Virus record (IMG/VR): IMGVR_UViG_3300031994_000006
Coordinates: 143,795 to 207,794 of that record
Length of the DNA stretch: 64,000 nucleotides
Source: a virus
Taxonomy: Duplodnaviria > Caudoviricetes
Strand: one strand, 5' to 3'
Shown: positions 26,041-34,310 of the stretch, piece by piece
How positions within the stretch are numbered: position 1 is the first letter of the stretch
Layout of the letters: every line of letters begins with the position of its first letter
The notes under the pieces: model-generated
What the model was told of the DNA's origin: nothing
The model's input: only the letters and a program-made list of their open reading frames with translations
Databases searched by the model: none
Position numbers and translations under genes: made by a program

Positions 26041-27357
26041 ATGAAAAAGTTTATTTTCTTTGCGGTGGCGCTTCTGTCTGTCCTGGTCTGGTCCTGTACC
26101 AGCCATGATATCGATACGCCCGACTGGTCCGCTCAGCAGAAGGCGGGCTATGCGAATGACTTCAACACTGCCTTTGGCGTCAGCGCGGCTGACTATGCCA
26201 ATCACCAGTGGGGAACCGACATCATCCCGATGATTGATATCACCGGTACCTCTCAGGCCCGTACCCGTGCGGCGGATCCGAAAGGCAACGAATGGGCGGC
26301 CAACGGCTATACCGTGCCCGGAGCCATCACGGCATCTGAACTCGAGGATGTCCTTGAGGTATTCAACAAGAAGGGCGATGCCACCTATACCTCACTGGTG
26401 GACTGGGACTGCTTCTTTGTGCAGCAGGTATACAAGGGCACCGCCAAGTATACGAATCACGCAGGCGGTCAGGTGACCGGTTCCGAACATATGGACTGGC
26501 TCTGCACCGTTACCAACAAGCATGTGGAGGTCGTCAGCTGGTGGCCCTATGAGGAGAAGATTACCATCGGCGCTGACTATGATGATCATATCAATAACTT
26601 CAACAACGGCAACTGCGGCGCATGGGACGGCCTGATGCTCATGGTCAATACGAATTCCAATAAGTTCGGATTCAAGAGCTCTGAGGACAACGGACATGTG
26701 TTCTACAACTTCCGCATGGAGAAGATCAAAGGCAATTACTATGTCGGATTCGACTTTGAGGCCGCGGGCGCCAATCCCAACGAGCAGGTCGACCGTGACT
26801 TCATCTATAATGACTGGATTGTGAAGATCGTGCCGGGTAAGGGCGTCACGCCTCCTCATCCCGACGTGGACCGCGTCCGTATCATGTGTGAGGACCTCGG
26901 TACAGCTCATTCGGACTTCGACTATAACGACGTCGTGTTCGATATCAAGTTCATCAAGAACGGCAGCACTGTTACGGCCGATATCGTACTGCAGGCCGCA
27001 GGCGGCACGCTGCCCCTGACCGTAGGTGGATATGAGGTTCATGAACTGTTCGATGTCGCCGTCACGGATATGGTGAATACCGGCGCAGGTCCCCAGCGCG
27101 ATCCCGTGCCCTTCACTGTGACGATGCCCCGCTCTGACTATGCGACCGCATGGGAGGCCATCAATGACCTGCCTGTCATCGTGCTCTACAGAGCGTCCGC
27201 TCCCATCACGCTTACCGTATCCCCGGGTACCCCAGCCGAGATGATTGCGGTGCCTTCTACGACCGCATGGCCCGGTGAGCGTCAGTCAATACGCAACAGG
27301 TATCCCGCGTTCGTCGACTGGATCAGCGATTCCACGGTGCAGTGGTGGAACGAGTAG
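26041..27357 (+). CDS. Bacteroidales-type lipoprotein (DUF4842/LruC-like C-terminal domain)
   Basis: Lipobox VWSC; RIMCEDLG..SDFDYNDVVFD..LQAAGGTLP motif, recalled from Prevotella lipoproteins. Confidence 0.7.
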   Translation: MKKFIFFAVALLSVLVWSCTSHDIDTPDWSAQQKAGYANDFNTAFGVSAADYANHQWGTDIIPMIDITGTSQARTRAADPKGNEWAANGYTVPGAITASELEDVLEVFNKKGDATYTSLVDWDCFFVQQVYKGTAKYTNHAGGQVTGSEHMDWLCTVTNKHVEVVSWWPYEEKITIGADYDDHINNFNNGNCGAWDGLMLMVNTNSNKFGFKSSEDNGHVFYNFRMEKIKGNYYVGFDFEAAGANPNEQVDRDFIYNDWIVKIVPGKGVTPPHPDVDRVRIMCEDLGTAHSDFDYNDVVFDIKFIKNGSTVTADIVLQAAGGTLPLTVGGYEVHELFDVAVTDMVNTGAGPQRDPVPFTVTMPRSDYATAWEAINDLPVIVLYRASAPITLTVSPGTPAEMIAVPSTTAWPGERQSIRNRYPAFVDWISDSTVQWWNE

Positions 27358-27376
27358 CATACAGCTGACAAATATG

Positions 27377-27404
27377 AAAAGGCCGCAGGAATGCGGCCTT
27401 TTTT
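27377..27404 (+). terminator. intrinsic terminator
   Basis: AAAAGGCCGCA-GGAA-TGCGGCCTTTTTT. Confidence 0.8.
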
Positions 27405-27451
27405 GTTTCTGTGCGTTATATGTTTATGAAAATATCAAGTAATACTGGCGC

Positions 27452-28099
27452 ATGATTATATGCGGATATGCCGGAATCGGCAAGAGCTGGCTCGGTCATA
27501 ACATGCCGGGCGTCATGGATCTGGAGTCCACGCCCTTTCAGAAGGACTGGGCGACATACTGCAGGTGCGCCATGCACTATCACAGCCAGGGCTATCTCGT
27601 CCTGTTGTCGTGCCACAGGGAGATCAGGGAGGCCGTGCACAAGGCCATTCATATGTGCTACTTCGACGAGGTGACGTTCATGCCGGATCCCGGTGACAAG
27701 GAGCTGTACATGAAGAAGTACGAGGAGCGCGGCAACACGCCGGAGTTCATCAGGATGCAGTCTGAGAACTGGGATAGGTGGCTTGACGAGCGGTCACAGG
27801 GGATCATCGCCGAGCATTGGGAGTACCTCAGGCCGGGTGAGAACCTGTACCAGGGTATACTCAGGCTGTCGGATCCCAATTACGCATGGAAATACTGCGC
27901 GGCTGATCCGTATTGCGTCGAGATGCCGCCCGTATGCCCGGCAATCGGCAACTGCTATAACCCGTTCAGGGACATAGTCGCCAGATGGCCCCAGGACGAG
28001 CTCCGGAAGGCCTGGGCTGACAATGCCAAGGAAAACGGCTGGAAACGCTCTGGTGAGACCGTAAGGCCTGTTAAGGAAGGCTATGGGAAATATGATTGA
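27452..28099 (+). CDS. P-loop NTPase/kinase-like protein
   Basis: N-terminal Walker A GYAGIGKS. Confidence 0.7.
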   Translation: MIICGYAGIGKSWLGHNMPGVMDLESTPFQKDWATYCRCAMHYHSQGYLVLLSCHREIREAVHKAIHMCYFDEVTFMPDPGDKELYMKKYEERGNTPEFIRMQSENWDRWLDERSQGIIAEHWEYLRPGENLYQGILRLSDPNYAWKYCAADPYCVEMPPVCPAIGNCYNPFRDIVARWPQDELRKAWADNAKENGWKRSGETVRPVKEGYGKYD

Positions 28100-28478
28100 G
28101 AACATAAACATCGGTATCATTAAGGACGGCGTCACGAAGGCCGGCAATGTCTGTGTCGCCGACGTCGCCGGCCGCGAGGTCAGGGTCTGCTATGTCAGCT
28201 GGCCGATACCGAAGAATGATCACGGGAAGGACTCGAACTATTCGGTCCCGTCATGGGCCGCAAGTCACCGGCAAGGCCCGGCGGATTTCCTCGCGTTCCA
28301 GCTCGGACGGTGTGAGACGGCCGTCAAGGTCATTCCGGTCAGGGAGGTGTCGAGGATGACTGTCTCGTTCAATGCGGACTACGGTCTCCTGCCGGTATCG
28401 TCGGTTTTCGGATGGACCGACAGGCCCGTACCGCTTGAGAAGCTGCCGCCGGGTCCCGTACAGAGAAAACTTCTATAA
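28092..28478 (+). CDS. hypothetical protein
   Basis: ORF packed in the plus-strand operon. Confidence 0.55.
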   Translation: MIENINIGIIKDGVTKAGNVCVADVAGREVRVCYVSWPIPKNDHGKDSNYSVPSWAASHRQGPADFLAFQLGRCETAVKVIPVREVSRMTVSFNADYGLLPVSSVFGWTDRPVPLEKLPPGPVQRKLL

Positions 28479-28490
28479 ACAGCTTGAGAT

Positions 28491-28808
28491 ATGAATACAG
28501 TGAGTGAAATAAGGAACGGAAACCCCAATAAGGTGAACTACCGTTACAACTATGCCATCGAGTATACCGATGAGACGAAGGACTGCGGCAGCAGGACCGT
28601 GTTGTCCGACAGGATGGAGGACGTCACGGAGGACGTCAGGAAGTTCATCCGTGATACCGTTGAGGATTTCAACAAGACTCCCCATGATACGCTCGGTATT
28701 ATCGATATCCGTGTATACGGCCTGTGCCGTACGGAGTACCCTCAGTTTGATCAGCAGGATTTCCATGAGAATGTCATAGTGCCGGCCTTAAAGGATGCCC
28801 TGAAATGA
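28491..28808 (+). CDS. hypothetical protein
   Basis: 105 aa ORF in operon. Confidence 0.6.
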   Translation: MNTVSEIRNGNPNKVNYRYNYAIEYTDETKDCGSRTVLSDRMEDVTEDVRKFIRDTVEDFNKTPHDTLGIIDIRVYGLCRTEYPQFDQQDFHENVIVPALKDALK

Positions 28809-29335
28809 AAAAGGACAGGGTTGTAAAGGCCTCGGCCGTCATGGCCCTTCAGAAGGATGCCGTCCGGACCGTAATTACGGTCCGGTCAGGCGATGTCATG
28901 GAGGTCGCCGACAAGGCGGTCGCCGATCTTACCAGGGATATTGACAGGTATCCTGAGATAATATGCAATGAGCTTATCAGGAATATTCTTCTCATGGCCG
29001 AGCACGGCGACTATTACATGAACTATGATACCGACAGGCTGTATGAGCTGCTTCCCGGATGGGATAAGGCCGAGCCGTCTGAGAAGAACGCGATAATCCG
29101 CAAGGTTGTGATCATGATGCTTGACGCGGGTTATATGATCAAGCCGTGCTATCTGTTCGGCGACGTGCTCTGGCACCTGGAGATCTCATGGTCGGACGAT
29201 ATGAGAAAGAAGGCTAACAGGAAGGCTGATAAGATACACAGAAACGAGCGCCGCCGTGAGTCTGTCAGGAAATTCTTCAGGGGTATCGCGGAATTCATGA
29301 GATGCGGTCTTTCATCGGAATACAGGAACCTATGA
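28805..29335 (+). CDS. hypothetical protein
   Basis: 176 aa ORF, ATGA overlap. Confidence 0.6.
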   Translation: MKKDRVVKASAVMALQKDAVRTVITVRSGDVMEVADKAVADLTRDIDRYPEIICNELIRNILLMAEHGDYYMNYDTDRLYELLPGWDKAEPSEKNAIIRKVVIMMLDAGYMIKPCYLFGDVLWHLEISWSDDMRKKANRKADKIHRNERRRESVRKFFRGIAEFMRCGLSSEYRNL

Positions 29336-29739
29336 AAAAGGACAGGAAGGTTACATGGACGCAGGTGTCGAACTGCAGCTTCAGATGCCCTGGCTGCTGC
29401 GAGATCTCGAATGCTTTCATAAAGACACTGGATGCCGAATGGGCTAAGTTCAGGGCGGACGAGGAAAGGAAACGGCAGTTTGAGTGCGTGCCTGATGTCG
29501 CGGTGATTATCGAGAAGATGATTCCTGAAATGGACGAAAGGATAAAGCAGGCCGCGGACTGCGGCAATTACAGGACGACGCTCTACCTGGATCATCTGGA
29601 CAGGCATCTTGAGTACTATAAGGCCAAATACAGTCCTGATGAGATATACAGCGAATTGCGTAAATATTATAAGTCTCGCGGATATAAGATGGATTCGGAC
29701 ATGAATCATGTACTCGGCTTCGAAATCTGGTGGAAATAA
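29332..29739 (+). CDS. hypothetical protein
   Basis: Start MKKDRKV, ATGA overlap; similar start to the upstream gene. Confidence 0.6.
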   Translation: MKKDRKVTWTQVSNCSFRCPGCCEISNAFIKTLDAEWAKFRADEERKRQFECVPDVAVIIEKMIPEMDERIKQAADCGNYRTTLYLDHLDRHLEYYKAKYSPDEIYSELRKYYKSRGYKMDSDMNHVLGFEIWWK

Positions 29740-29833
29740 TGCAAAAAAACGTTAAAAAGATAAATAAAAGGAGTTTTTTAAAGGATTCGGCGTCAGTACC
29801 GGCGTTAAATAGACAGAACAAAGCAAAGAAGAT

Positions 29834-29950
29834 ATGAGATCGTTGTTACAAAAATCATTCAGCTCAAAGTGCCTCCTTAAGGGCATTCAGAGTATGTCGC
29901 AGTTTACCTGCTGGCATATTCAGCTGGATAATATGTACACGGTCGAGTAG
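29834..29950 (+). CDS. putative attenuator leader peptide B (MRSLLQKSFSSKCLLKGIQSMSQFTCWHIQLDNMYTVE)
   Basis: 38 codons; 29 of codons 2-31 are read by tRNAs of the downstream array; the last codons form a pairing arm. Confidence 0.75.
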   Translation: MRSLLQKSFSSKCLLKGIQSMSQFTCWHIQLDNMYTVE

Positions 29951-30087
29951 CGAATCAGGAGTTCAGAGACTGTGTATGAATCCGGGAGAAAACGGAAAGA
30001 CGCAGTCAAGTAAAGGAACCCAATCACAAAGTTTCCATAATTTCCAAGGGACTGCGTAATCGAAAGAGGACGCAGTCCTGTTCTTTT
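29936..30087 (+). terminator. attenuator B: five alternating pairing segments ending in an intrinsic terminator
   Basis: TACACGGTC 29936, GACTGTGTA 29968, ACGCAGTC 30000, GACTGCGT 30050, ACGCAGTC 30070, then GTTCTTTT. Confidence 0.75.
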
Positions 30088-30094
30088 ATACATC

Positions 30095-30171
30095 GGGGGA
30101 GTAGCTCAGTAGGTAGAGCGCCGGACTGAAAATCCGGGTCGTTAGCGGCGGTTCGATTCCGCCCTCCCCCA
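30095..30171 (+). tRNA. tRNA-Phe(GAA)
   Basis: Cloverleaf, loop CTGAAAA, 9-nt variable region. Confidence 0.9.
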
Positions 30172-30176
30172 CTGAG

Positions 30177-30193
30177 AGTTCTTTGACATGTTG
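30177..30193 (+). promoter_or_regulatory. rrn boxA-like site
   Basis: AGTTCTTTGACATGTTG just after the first tRNA of array B. Confidence 0.6.
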
Positions 30194-30231
30194 GCACAGC
30201 TGAATGAACGGACGGAAGGCCGTCCGTATAT

Positions 30232-30307
30232 TGGGAGATAGTTTAGCAGGTTAAAATTTCGGTCTGATACACCGGCGTCCCGGGTTCGAATCCCGGCCTC
30301 CCAACCA
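30232..30307 (+). tRNA. tRNA-Ile(GAT)
   Basis: Cloverleaf, loop CTGATAC, encoded CCA. Confidence 0.85.
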
Positions 30308-30378
30308 AAACTAAATCATATTTGATCTATGGATAAACGTGATGACAAATCCGGTAAACGGATTACACCAGTCTAACA

Positions 30379-30469
30379 GCCTCCATCGTATATCGGTAAG
30401 TGTCTGGAGACAGGCGGATTACTTCGGTCTTTTAAACCGACAAGCAGGGTTCGACTCCCTGTGGGGGCA
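30379..30469 (+). tRNA. tRNA-Lys(TTT) with hairpin insertion in the D-loop
   Basis: GCCTCCA/TGGGGGC acceptor, loop CTTTTAA; 29-nt D-loop containing TGTC-TGGA-GACA. Confidence 0.75.
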
Positions 30470-30626
30470 CGATCAGTCAGGCCTGCGGCATAGGCGCCCA
30501 ATTTGCCGTAGGAGGACTGTGTAGTTGCGTAACGGCTTACACCAAACGTACGGGATACTTAGGGTCCGTGCGGAGCCCGGGTGGCGAAAAAATTCCCGCG
30601 CCGTGCCGAGCGATAGCGGCACATTC

Positions 30627-30700
30627 GCTCCGTTAGCTCAGTTGGTTAGAGTAGGTGTCTCTTAAACATCGGGTCCAGGGTTCGAATCCCTGCCGGAGCA
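30627..30700 (+). tRNA. tRNA-Lys(CTT)
   Basis: Cloverleaf, loop CTCTTAA. Confidence 0.9.
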
Positions 30701-30768
30701 CTTTCGTTCAGTGAATCGCCTCCGTTCAGTAATTGCTGAACGGAGCGGTTTTACTGAACGCCTTATAT

Positions 30769-30840
30769 TGGGGTATAGTATATCGGTTATTATTTCGGAT
30801 TCTGGTCCCGAAGAGCTCTGTTCGACTCAGAGTGCCCCAA
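30769..30840 (+). tRNA. tRNA-Gln(CTG)
   Basis: Cloverleaf, loop TTCTGGT. Confidence 0.82.
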
Positions 30841-30846
30841 CGACAC

Positions 30847-30917
30847 TGCCCTGTGGTGTAACGGCGGCACATCAGCTTTTGGATCTGACAGACCGGGTTC
30901 GACTCCCGGCGGGGCTG
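30847..30917 (+). tRNA. tRNA-Gln(TTG)
   Basis: Cloverleaf, loop TTTTGGA. Confidence 0.82.
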
Positions 30918-30946
30918 CGATACATAGGGAAATTTATTTGTAATAT

Positions 30947-31777
30947 ATGGATTTTGATTTCGACAGCCCCAGGAATGGAAGACAGATTGTCAATGAGGTA
31001 TTCGAGACCTTTTACGGTAATCCTGTAAGAACCTGTTATAGAATTTCAAGGATTGACAGATCTAAATGGACACGTCTTGACTACGCACTTGAACGATATA
31101 ATAATTATTTGTCAAAATATAATACGGTTTCATTCCAAGGTGATATTGACCGCGGTATATTACAGGAAGGACTTGTCCTTTCATATCCGGTAAAGAAAGT
31201 CATGGATGAAATCAGGAAATGTATGGAGTCTGACGGTAATATAATAGAGGCTTTAGCTGAATCTGAATCAGTTATAAAGATTCTTGTGGCTAAGGGATTT
31301 ACCGATAATGTCAAGGAATCTCTGAAATCTTTGATAGATTTATGTGGATGGCATCTGACAGGCAGCGGTGAATATTCCAAAGGACTTGATGTCATATATT
31401 ATGAGTCAAAATTTCCGGCGGATATTACGGATCTGATATATTCAAAATATAAAAAACTCTATCATATAACGCCTGCCCGGAATTTCAGGTCGATTGAGAA
31501 GAAGGGACTGATACCGAGATCCTATAACAAGAGATCGGACTATCCGGACCGTGTGTATTTCCTGAAGACTGATAATGCGGCAGAGTATGAAAACCTCGCG
31601 AAATCGTCGAATCCGGATATTCATGAATGGTCGCTCCTTGAAATAGACATCTCAAAGGAACCCGTCACCGGACGCCGGTACAGATTCTATAATGATCCGT
31701 TTACGAACAATGCAGTTTTCACATATGACAATATTCATCCCGGACTTGTAACCCTTAAGAGGACTTTCCGGGTATGA
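30947..31777 (+). CDS. protein with C-terminal ADP-ribosyltransferase-fold (Tpt1/KptA/DUF952-like) domain
   Basis: KLYHITPARNFRSIEKKGLIP...RVYF...LLEID...YNDP...AVFTYDNIHP; visibly AT-rich. Confidence 0.6.
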   Translation: MDFDFDSPRNGRQIVNEVFETFYGNPVRTCYRISRIDRSKWTRLDYALERYNNYLSKYNTVSFQGDIDRGILQEGLVLSYPVKKVMDEIRKCMESDGNIIEALAESESVIKILVAKGFTDNVKESLKSLIDLCGWHLTGSGEYSKGLDVIYYESKFPADITDLIYSKYKKLYHITPARNFRSIEKKGLIPRSYNKRSDYPDRVYFLKTDNAAEYENLAKSSNPDIHEWSLLEIDISKEPVTGRRYRFYNDPFTNNAVFTYDNIHPGLVTLKRTFRV

Positions 31778-31795
31778 TGCGTTTAATTTTAACAT

Positions 31796-31867
31796 GGGGG
31801 TCTTAGTTTAACGGTAGAATGACAGATTGTGGCTCTGCAGACGTAGGTTCGACTCCTACATTCCCCC
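31796..31867 (+). tRNA. tRNA-His(GTG)
   Basis: Loop TTGTGGC, G-1:C73; two acceptor mismatches. Confidence 0.8.
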
Positions 31868-31873
31868 CTTTAC

Positions 31874-31944
31874 TGGTCCATGGTGTAACGGTAGCACGTC
31901 AGATTCTGGCTCTGGAAGTGCGGGTTCGAATCCTGCTGGACCAA
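31874..31944 (+). tRNA. tRNA-Gln(CTG)
   Basis: Cloverleaf, loop TTCTGGC. Confidence 0.9.
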
Positions 31945-31966
31945 CGTTGCAGGGTCGCTCCCTGCC

Positions 31967-32037
31967 GCGCCGACGGCTGGTAAGCCGCGGTCCAGGACCC
32001 CAATCCTCACCGGGAGGTTCGATTCCTCTATGGCGTG
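31967..32037 (+). ncRNA. degenerate tRNA-like element
   Basis: T arm GGAGG-TTCGATT-CCTCT, AGGA-CCCCAA-TCCT arm, weak acceptor. Confidence 0.4.
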
Positions 32038-32127
32038 CAACTGGATATTTAAACGTTGAGGGCCGTGGAGGTCTTCGGTCCACCGGTAACCAGTCCGGCG
32101 TCCGGCCGTACGATAACGGCCGCATAC

Positions 32128-32198
32128 AGGCCTGTGGTGTAACGGTAGCATGCCGGTCTCCAAAACCGTCGGTCTTGGTTCGAGTCCTGGCAGGCCTG
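32128..32198 (+). tRNA. tRNA-Trp(CCA)
   Basis: Cloverleaf, loop CTCCAAA. Confidence 0.9.
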
Positions 32199-32354
32199 CT
32201 TCGTTCTGGTCACGAAGAGCGAGCTCCGTAAAGTTACCGAAACTCCGCCTGCGGCAATTCGCGATAGCCTGCAGACCGGTCACGAAAAGTAGGGAGGATG
32301 GGAGACGTAGGACTTGAGAAAACCCTAACGTATGGTAATGGGCAGGACGATTAT

Positions 32355-32428
32355 GCCGGCATAGCTTAGCGGTCTAAAGCGCAGCACTCATAATGCTGAG
32401 ATCGATGGTTCGAATCCATCTGCCGGTA
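32355..32428 (+). tRNA. tRNA-Met(CAT) (elongator Met or Ile2)
   Basis: Cloverleaf, loop CTCATAA. Confidence 0.85.
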
Positions 32429-32430
32429 CA

Positions 32431-32502
32431 GAGTAGTTGTCCGAGCGGTTTAGGTCGTGGTCTGCAAAACCACGCAGGTGGGTTCGACTCCCACACTGCT
32501 CT
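32431..32502 (+). tRNA. tRNA-Cys(GCA)
   Basis: Cloverleaf, loop CTGCAAA, U73. Confidence 0.9.
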
Positions 32503-32517
32503 CAAATTAAATTATAT

Positions 32518-32595
32518 AAAAAACGGTGTAACTTCGCGGGTGCGGAGCAGGGCCCAAAGCTCTGAAGACAGGTCCGAGTCCTGTACCCGTTTTTA
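32518..32595 (+). ncRNA. degenerate tRNA-like element
   Basis: AAAAACGG/CCGTTTTT stem, CAGGGC-CCAAA-GCTCTG, ACAGG-TCCGAGT-CCTGT. Confidence 0.4.
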
Positions 32596-32598
32596 TAT

Positions 32599-32682
32599 GC
32601 GCCTGTGGCGGAATTGGTAGACGCGCCACTTTGAGGTGGTGGTGCCCGAAAGGGTGTGCAGGTTCGAGTCCTGTCAGGCGTA
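32599..32682 (+). tRNA. tRNA-Leu(GAG)
   Basis: Class II cloverleaf, loop TTGAGGT. Confidence 0.92.
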
Positions 32683-32687
32683 CATGA

Positions 32688-32764
32688 GGTCCCGTAGCTC
32701 AGCGGATTTTCAGAGCATCAATCTTCTAAATTGAGGGTCGTTGGTTCGAATCCAACCGGGATCA
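32688..32764 (+). tRNA. tRNA-Arg(TCT)
   Basis: Cloverleaf, loop CTTCTAA. Confidence 0.9.
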
Positions 32765-32881
32765 CGCAGATACGGACTTGAGGACGTGGGTGAGACTCCC
32801 TTAAGTGCTCGGACGATAGTAAGTCCTTGAGCTGCCTGACAATAGTACGGCCCGAGTGATCATAGAGCCGGAAGTCCATTC

Positions 32882-32968
32882 GGAGAGTAAGCCCTGACGG
32901 TGATGGGTGCTCGTTGGAAGCGAGTTGGTGCGTGAATAGCGCATTCCGTTCGACCCGGATGCTCTCCG
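32882..32968 (+). tRNA. tRNA-Ser(GGA), 8/4 fold
   Basis: 8-bp acceptor GGAGAGTA/TGCTCTCC, 4-bp T stem TCCG/CGGA, loop TTGGAAG. Confidence 0.85.
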
Positions 32969-32979
32969 CATAAAATAAT

Positions 32980-33063
32980 GGAGGCTAAACCCTGACGGTG
33001 AGGGGGACTGTCTTGAAAACAGATCGTACCTTCGGGTATTCCGTTCGACCCGGATGGTCTCCG
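32980..33063 (+). tRNA. tRNA-Ser(TGA), 8/4 fold
   Basis: GGAGGCTA/TGGTCTCC acceptor, TCCG/CGGA T stem, loop CTTGAAA. Confidence 0.85.
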
Positions 33064-33068
33064 CATTT

Positions 33069-33155
33069 GGAGGGTAAGCCCTGACGGTGATGGGGCATGT
33101 CTCGAAAACATTGCGTACCTTCGGGTATTCCGTTCGACCCGGATGCCCTCCGCCA
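33069..33155 (+). tRNA. tRNA-Ser(CGA), 8/4 fold
   Basis: GGAGGGTA/TGCCCTCC acceptor, TCCG/CGGA T stem, loop CTCGAAA, encoded CCA. Confidence 0.85.
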
Positions 33156-33167
33156 GACATAACATAA

Positions 33168-33416
33168 TTGATTATGAGCTATAAGGAAAAAACGTTTTTG
33201 TTTATGGTCGCTGTCATAATGATGGGCATTTTGCTTTATCTGAAGGATCAAAATGAAAAGCATGACGCAGCCTTAAAGGCACAGCTTGAGAAGGATATTA
33301 AGGAAGATGCCGCTGAAAGGTGGAACCATGCCGTCGACAGTACCGTATTCGCCGGAGATCTGTGTATACAATGTCCGTACTGTGGCAGGATAATCAATTC
33401 AGACAGCTTCAAATAA
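33168..33416 (+). CDS. small membrane-anchored protein
   Basis: N-terminal hydrophobic helix, C-terminal CPYCG. Confidence 0.55.
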   Translation: MIMSYKEKTFLFMVAVIMMGILLYLKDQNEKHDAALKAQLEKDIKEDAAERWNHAVDSTVFAGDLCIQCPYCGRIINSDSFK

Positions 33417-33512
33417 GGAGAGGTACCCAAGTCGGTGAAGGGGTCGGTTTGCTAAACCGATAGGTCGGGAGATAACCCCGGCGCGCGGGTTCGAGCCCCG
33501 CCCTCTCCGCCA
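33417..33512 (+). tRNA. tRNA-Ser(GCT)
   Basis: Canonical class II cloverleaf, loop TTGCTAA, CCA. Confidence 0.92.
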
Positions 33513-33515
33513 TTC

Positions 33516-33601
33516 ACCCCCGTGCCGGAATTGGTAGACGGGCTTGACTCAGGATCAAGTGGGCCGGAAGGCCCGTGCGGGTTCGAGTCCCGCCGGGGGT
33601 A
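33516..33601 (+). tRNA. tRNA-Leu(CAG)
   Basis: Class II cloverleaf, loop CTCAGGA. Confidence 0.92.
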
Positions 33602-33624
33602 CTTAAAAATAAACGGACTTGCTT

Positions 33625-33873
33625 ATGATAGCCCATGATCTGAAGACAATCGTCAAAGGACGCGCGGATCTTGACTGTGTCAGGAGCGGAGGCGTCGCAA
33701 CATATCACATCACCGTCGCCGACGGCAGCGTGTATACGCTTGATATCGATATGACCGACAGGGCGGACGTGGGCGCCACGGCGTCGTTCATGGCCCATTA
33801 CGACAGGTCCGTCATACTCATGAGGTGGATCAGGCGCGCCTATGACAGGGGTGAGTTATACAGGATTCGCTGA
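33625..33873 (+). CDS. hypothetical phage protein
   Basis: MIAHDLKTIVKG...ILMRWIRRA; fills the gap between two tRNAs. Confidence 0.6.
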   Translation: MIAHDLKTIVKGRADLDCVRSGGVATYHITVADGSVYTLDIDMTDRADVGATASFMAHYDRSVILMRWIRRAYDRGELYRIR

Positions 33874-33879
33874 TATAAT

Positions 33880-33959
33880 ATCCCTGTGGCGGAACGGTCT
33901 ACGCAGCCGTCTCAAAAGCGGTCCCGGAAGGGGTCCGGGTTCGAATCCCGGCAGGGATA
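33880..33959 (+). tRNA. tRNA-Leu(CAA)
   Basis: Class II cloverleaf, loop CTCAAAA. Confidence 0.9.
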
Positions 33960-33967
33960 CATATCAC

Positions 33968-34060
33968 GGCCCTACAGCCGGACTGGTCAGCAGGCGCGGG
34001 ACTTAAAATCCTTGAGCGTATGGGGACATGCGCGTCCGGGTTCGAATCCCGGTGGGGCTA
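33968..34060 (+). tRNA. tRNA-Leu(TAA)
   Basis: Class II cloverleaf, loop CTTAAAA. Confidence 0.85.
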
Positions 34061-34310
34061 CGTTTGTGACTTCCGGGGTTTCCGGGCGTTAAACAGATAA
34101 ATATAGGGCTGTACTTCGTACGGCCTTTAAAAATAACATTTATACAGCGAGATTTCCCGCAACGGACGCGCCTTTCGTAACGGCGGCCGCGGGGAGGATT
34201 AGATTCCGGTTTTGCTTTTGCGGAGAGACATGCCAGGCGCGTAGAGTTCTTAGCGTAGCGCGTCCGGCGGGGATCCCGGGTCTGGGATGATACGGCCGCA
34301 GGTTTTTATT

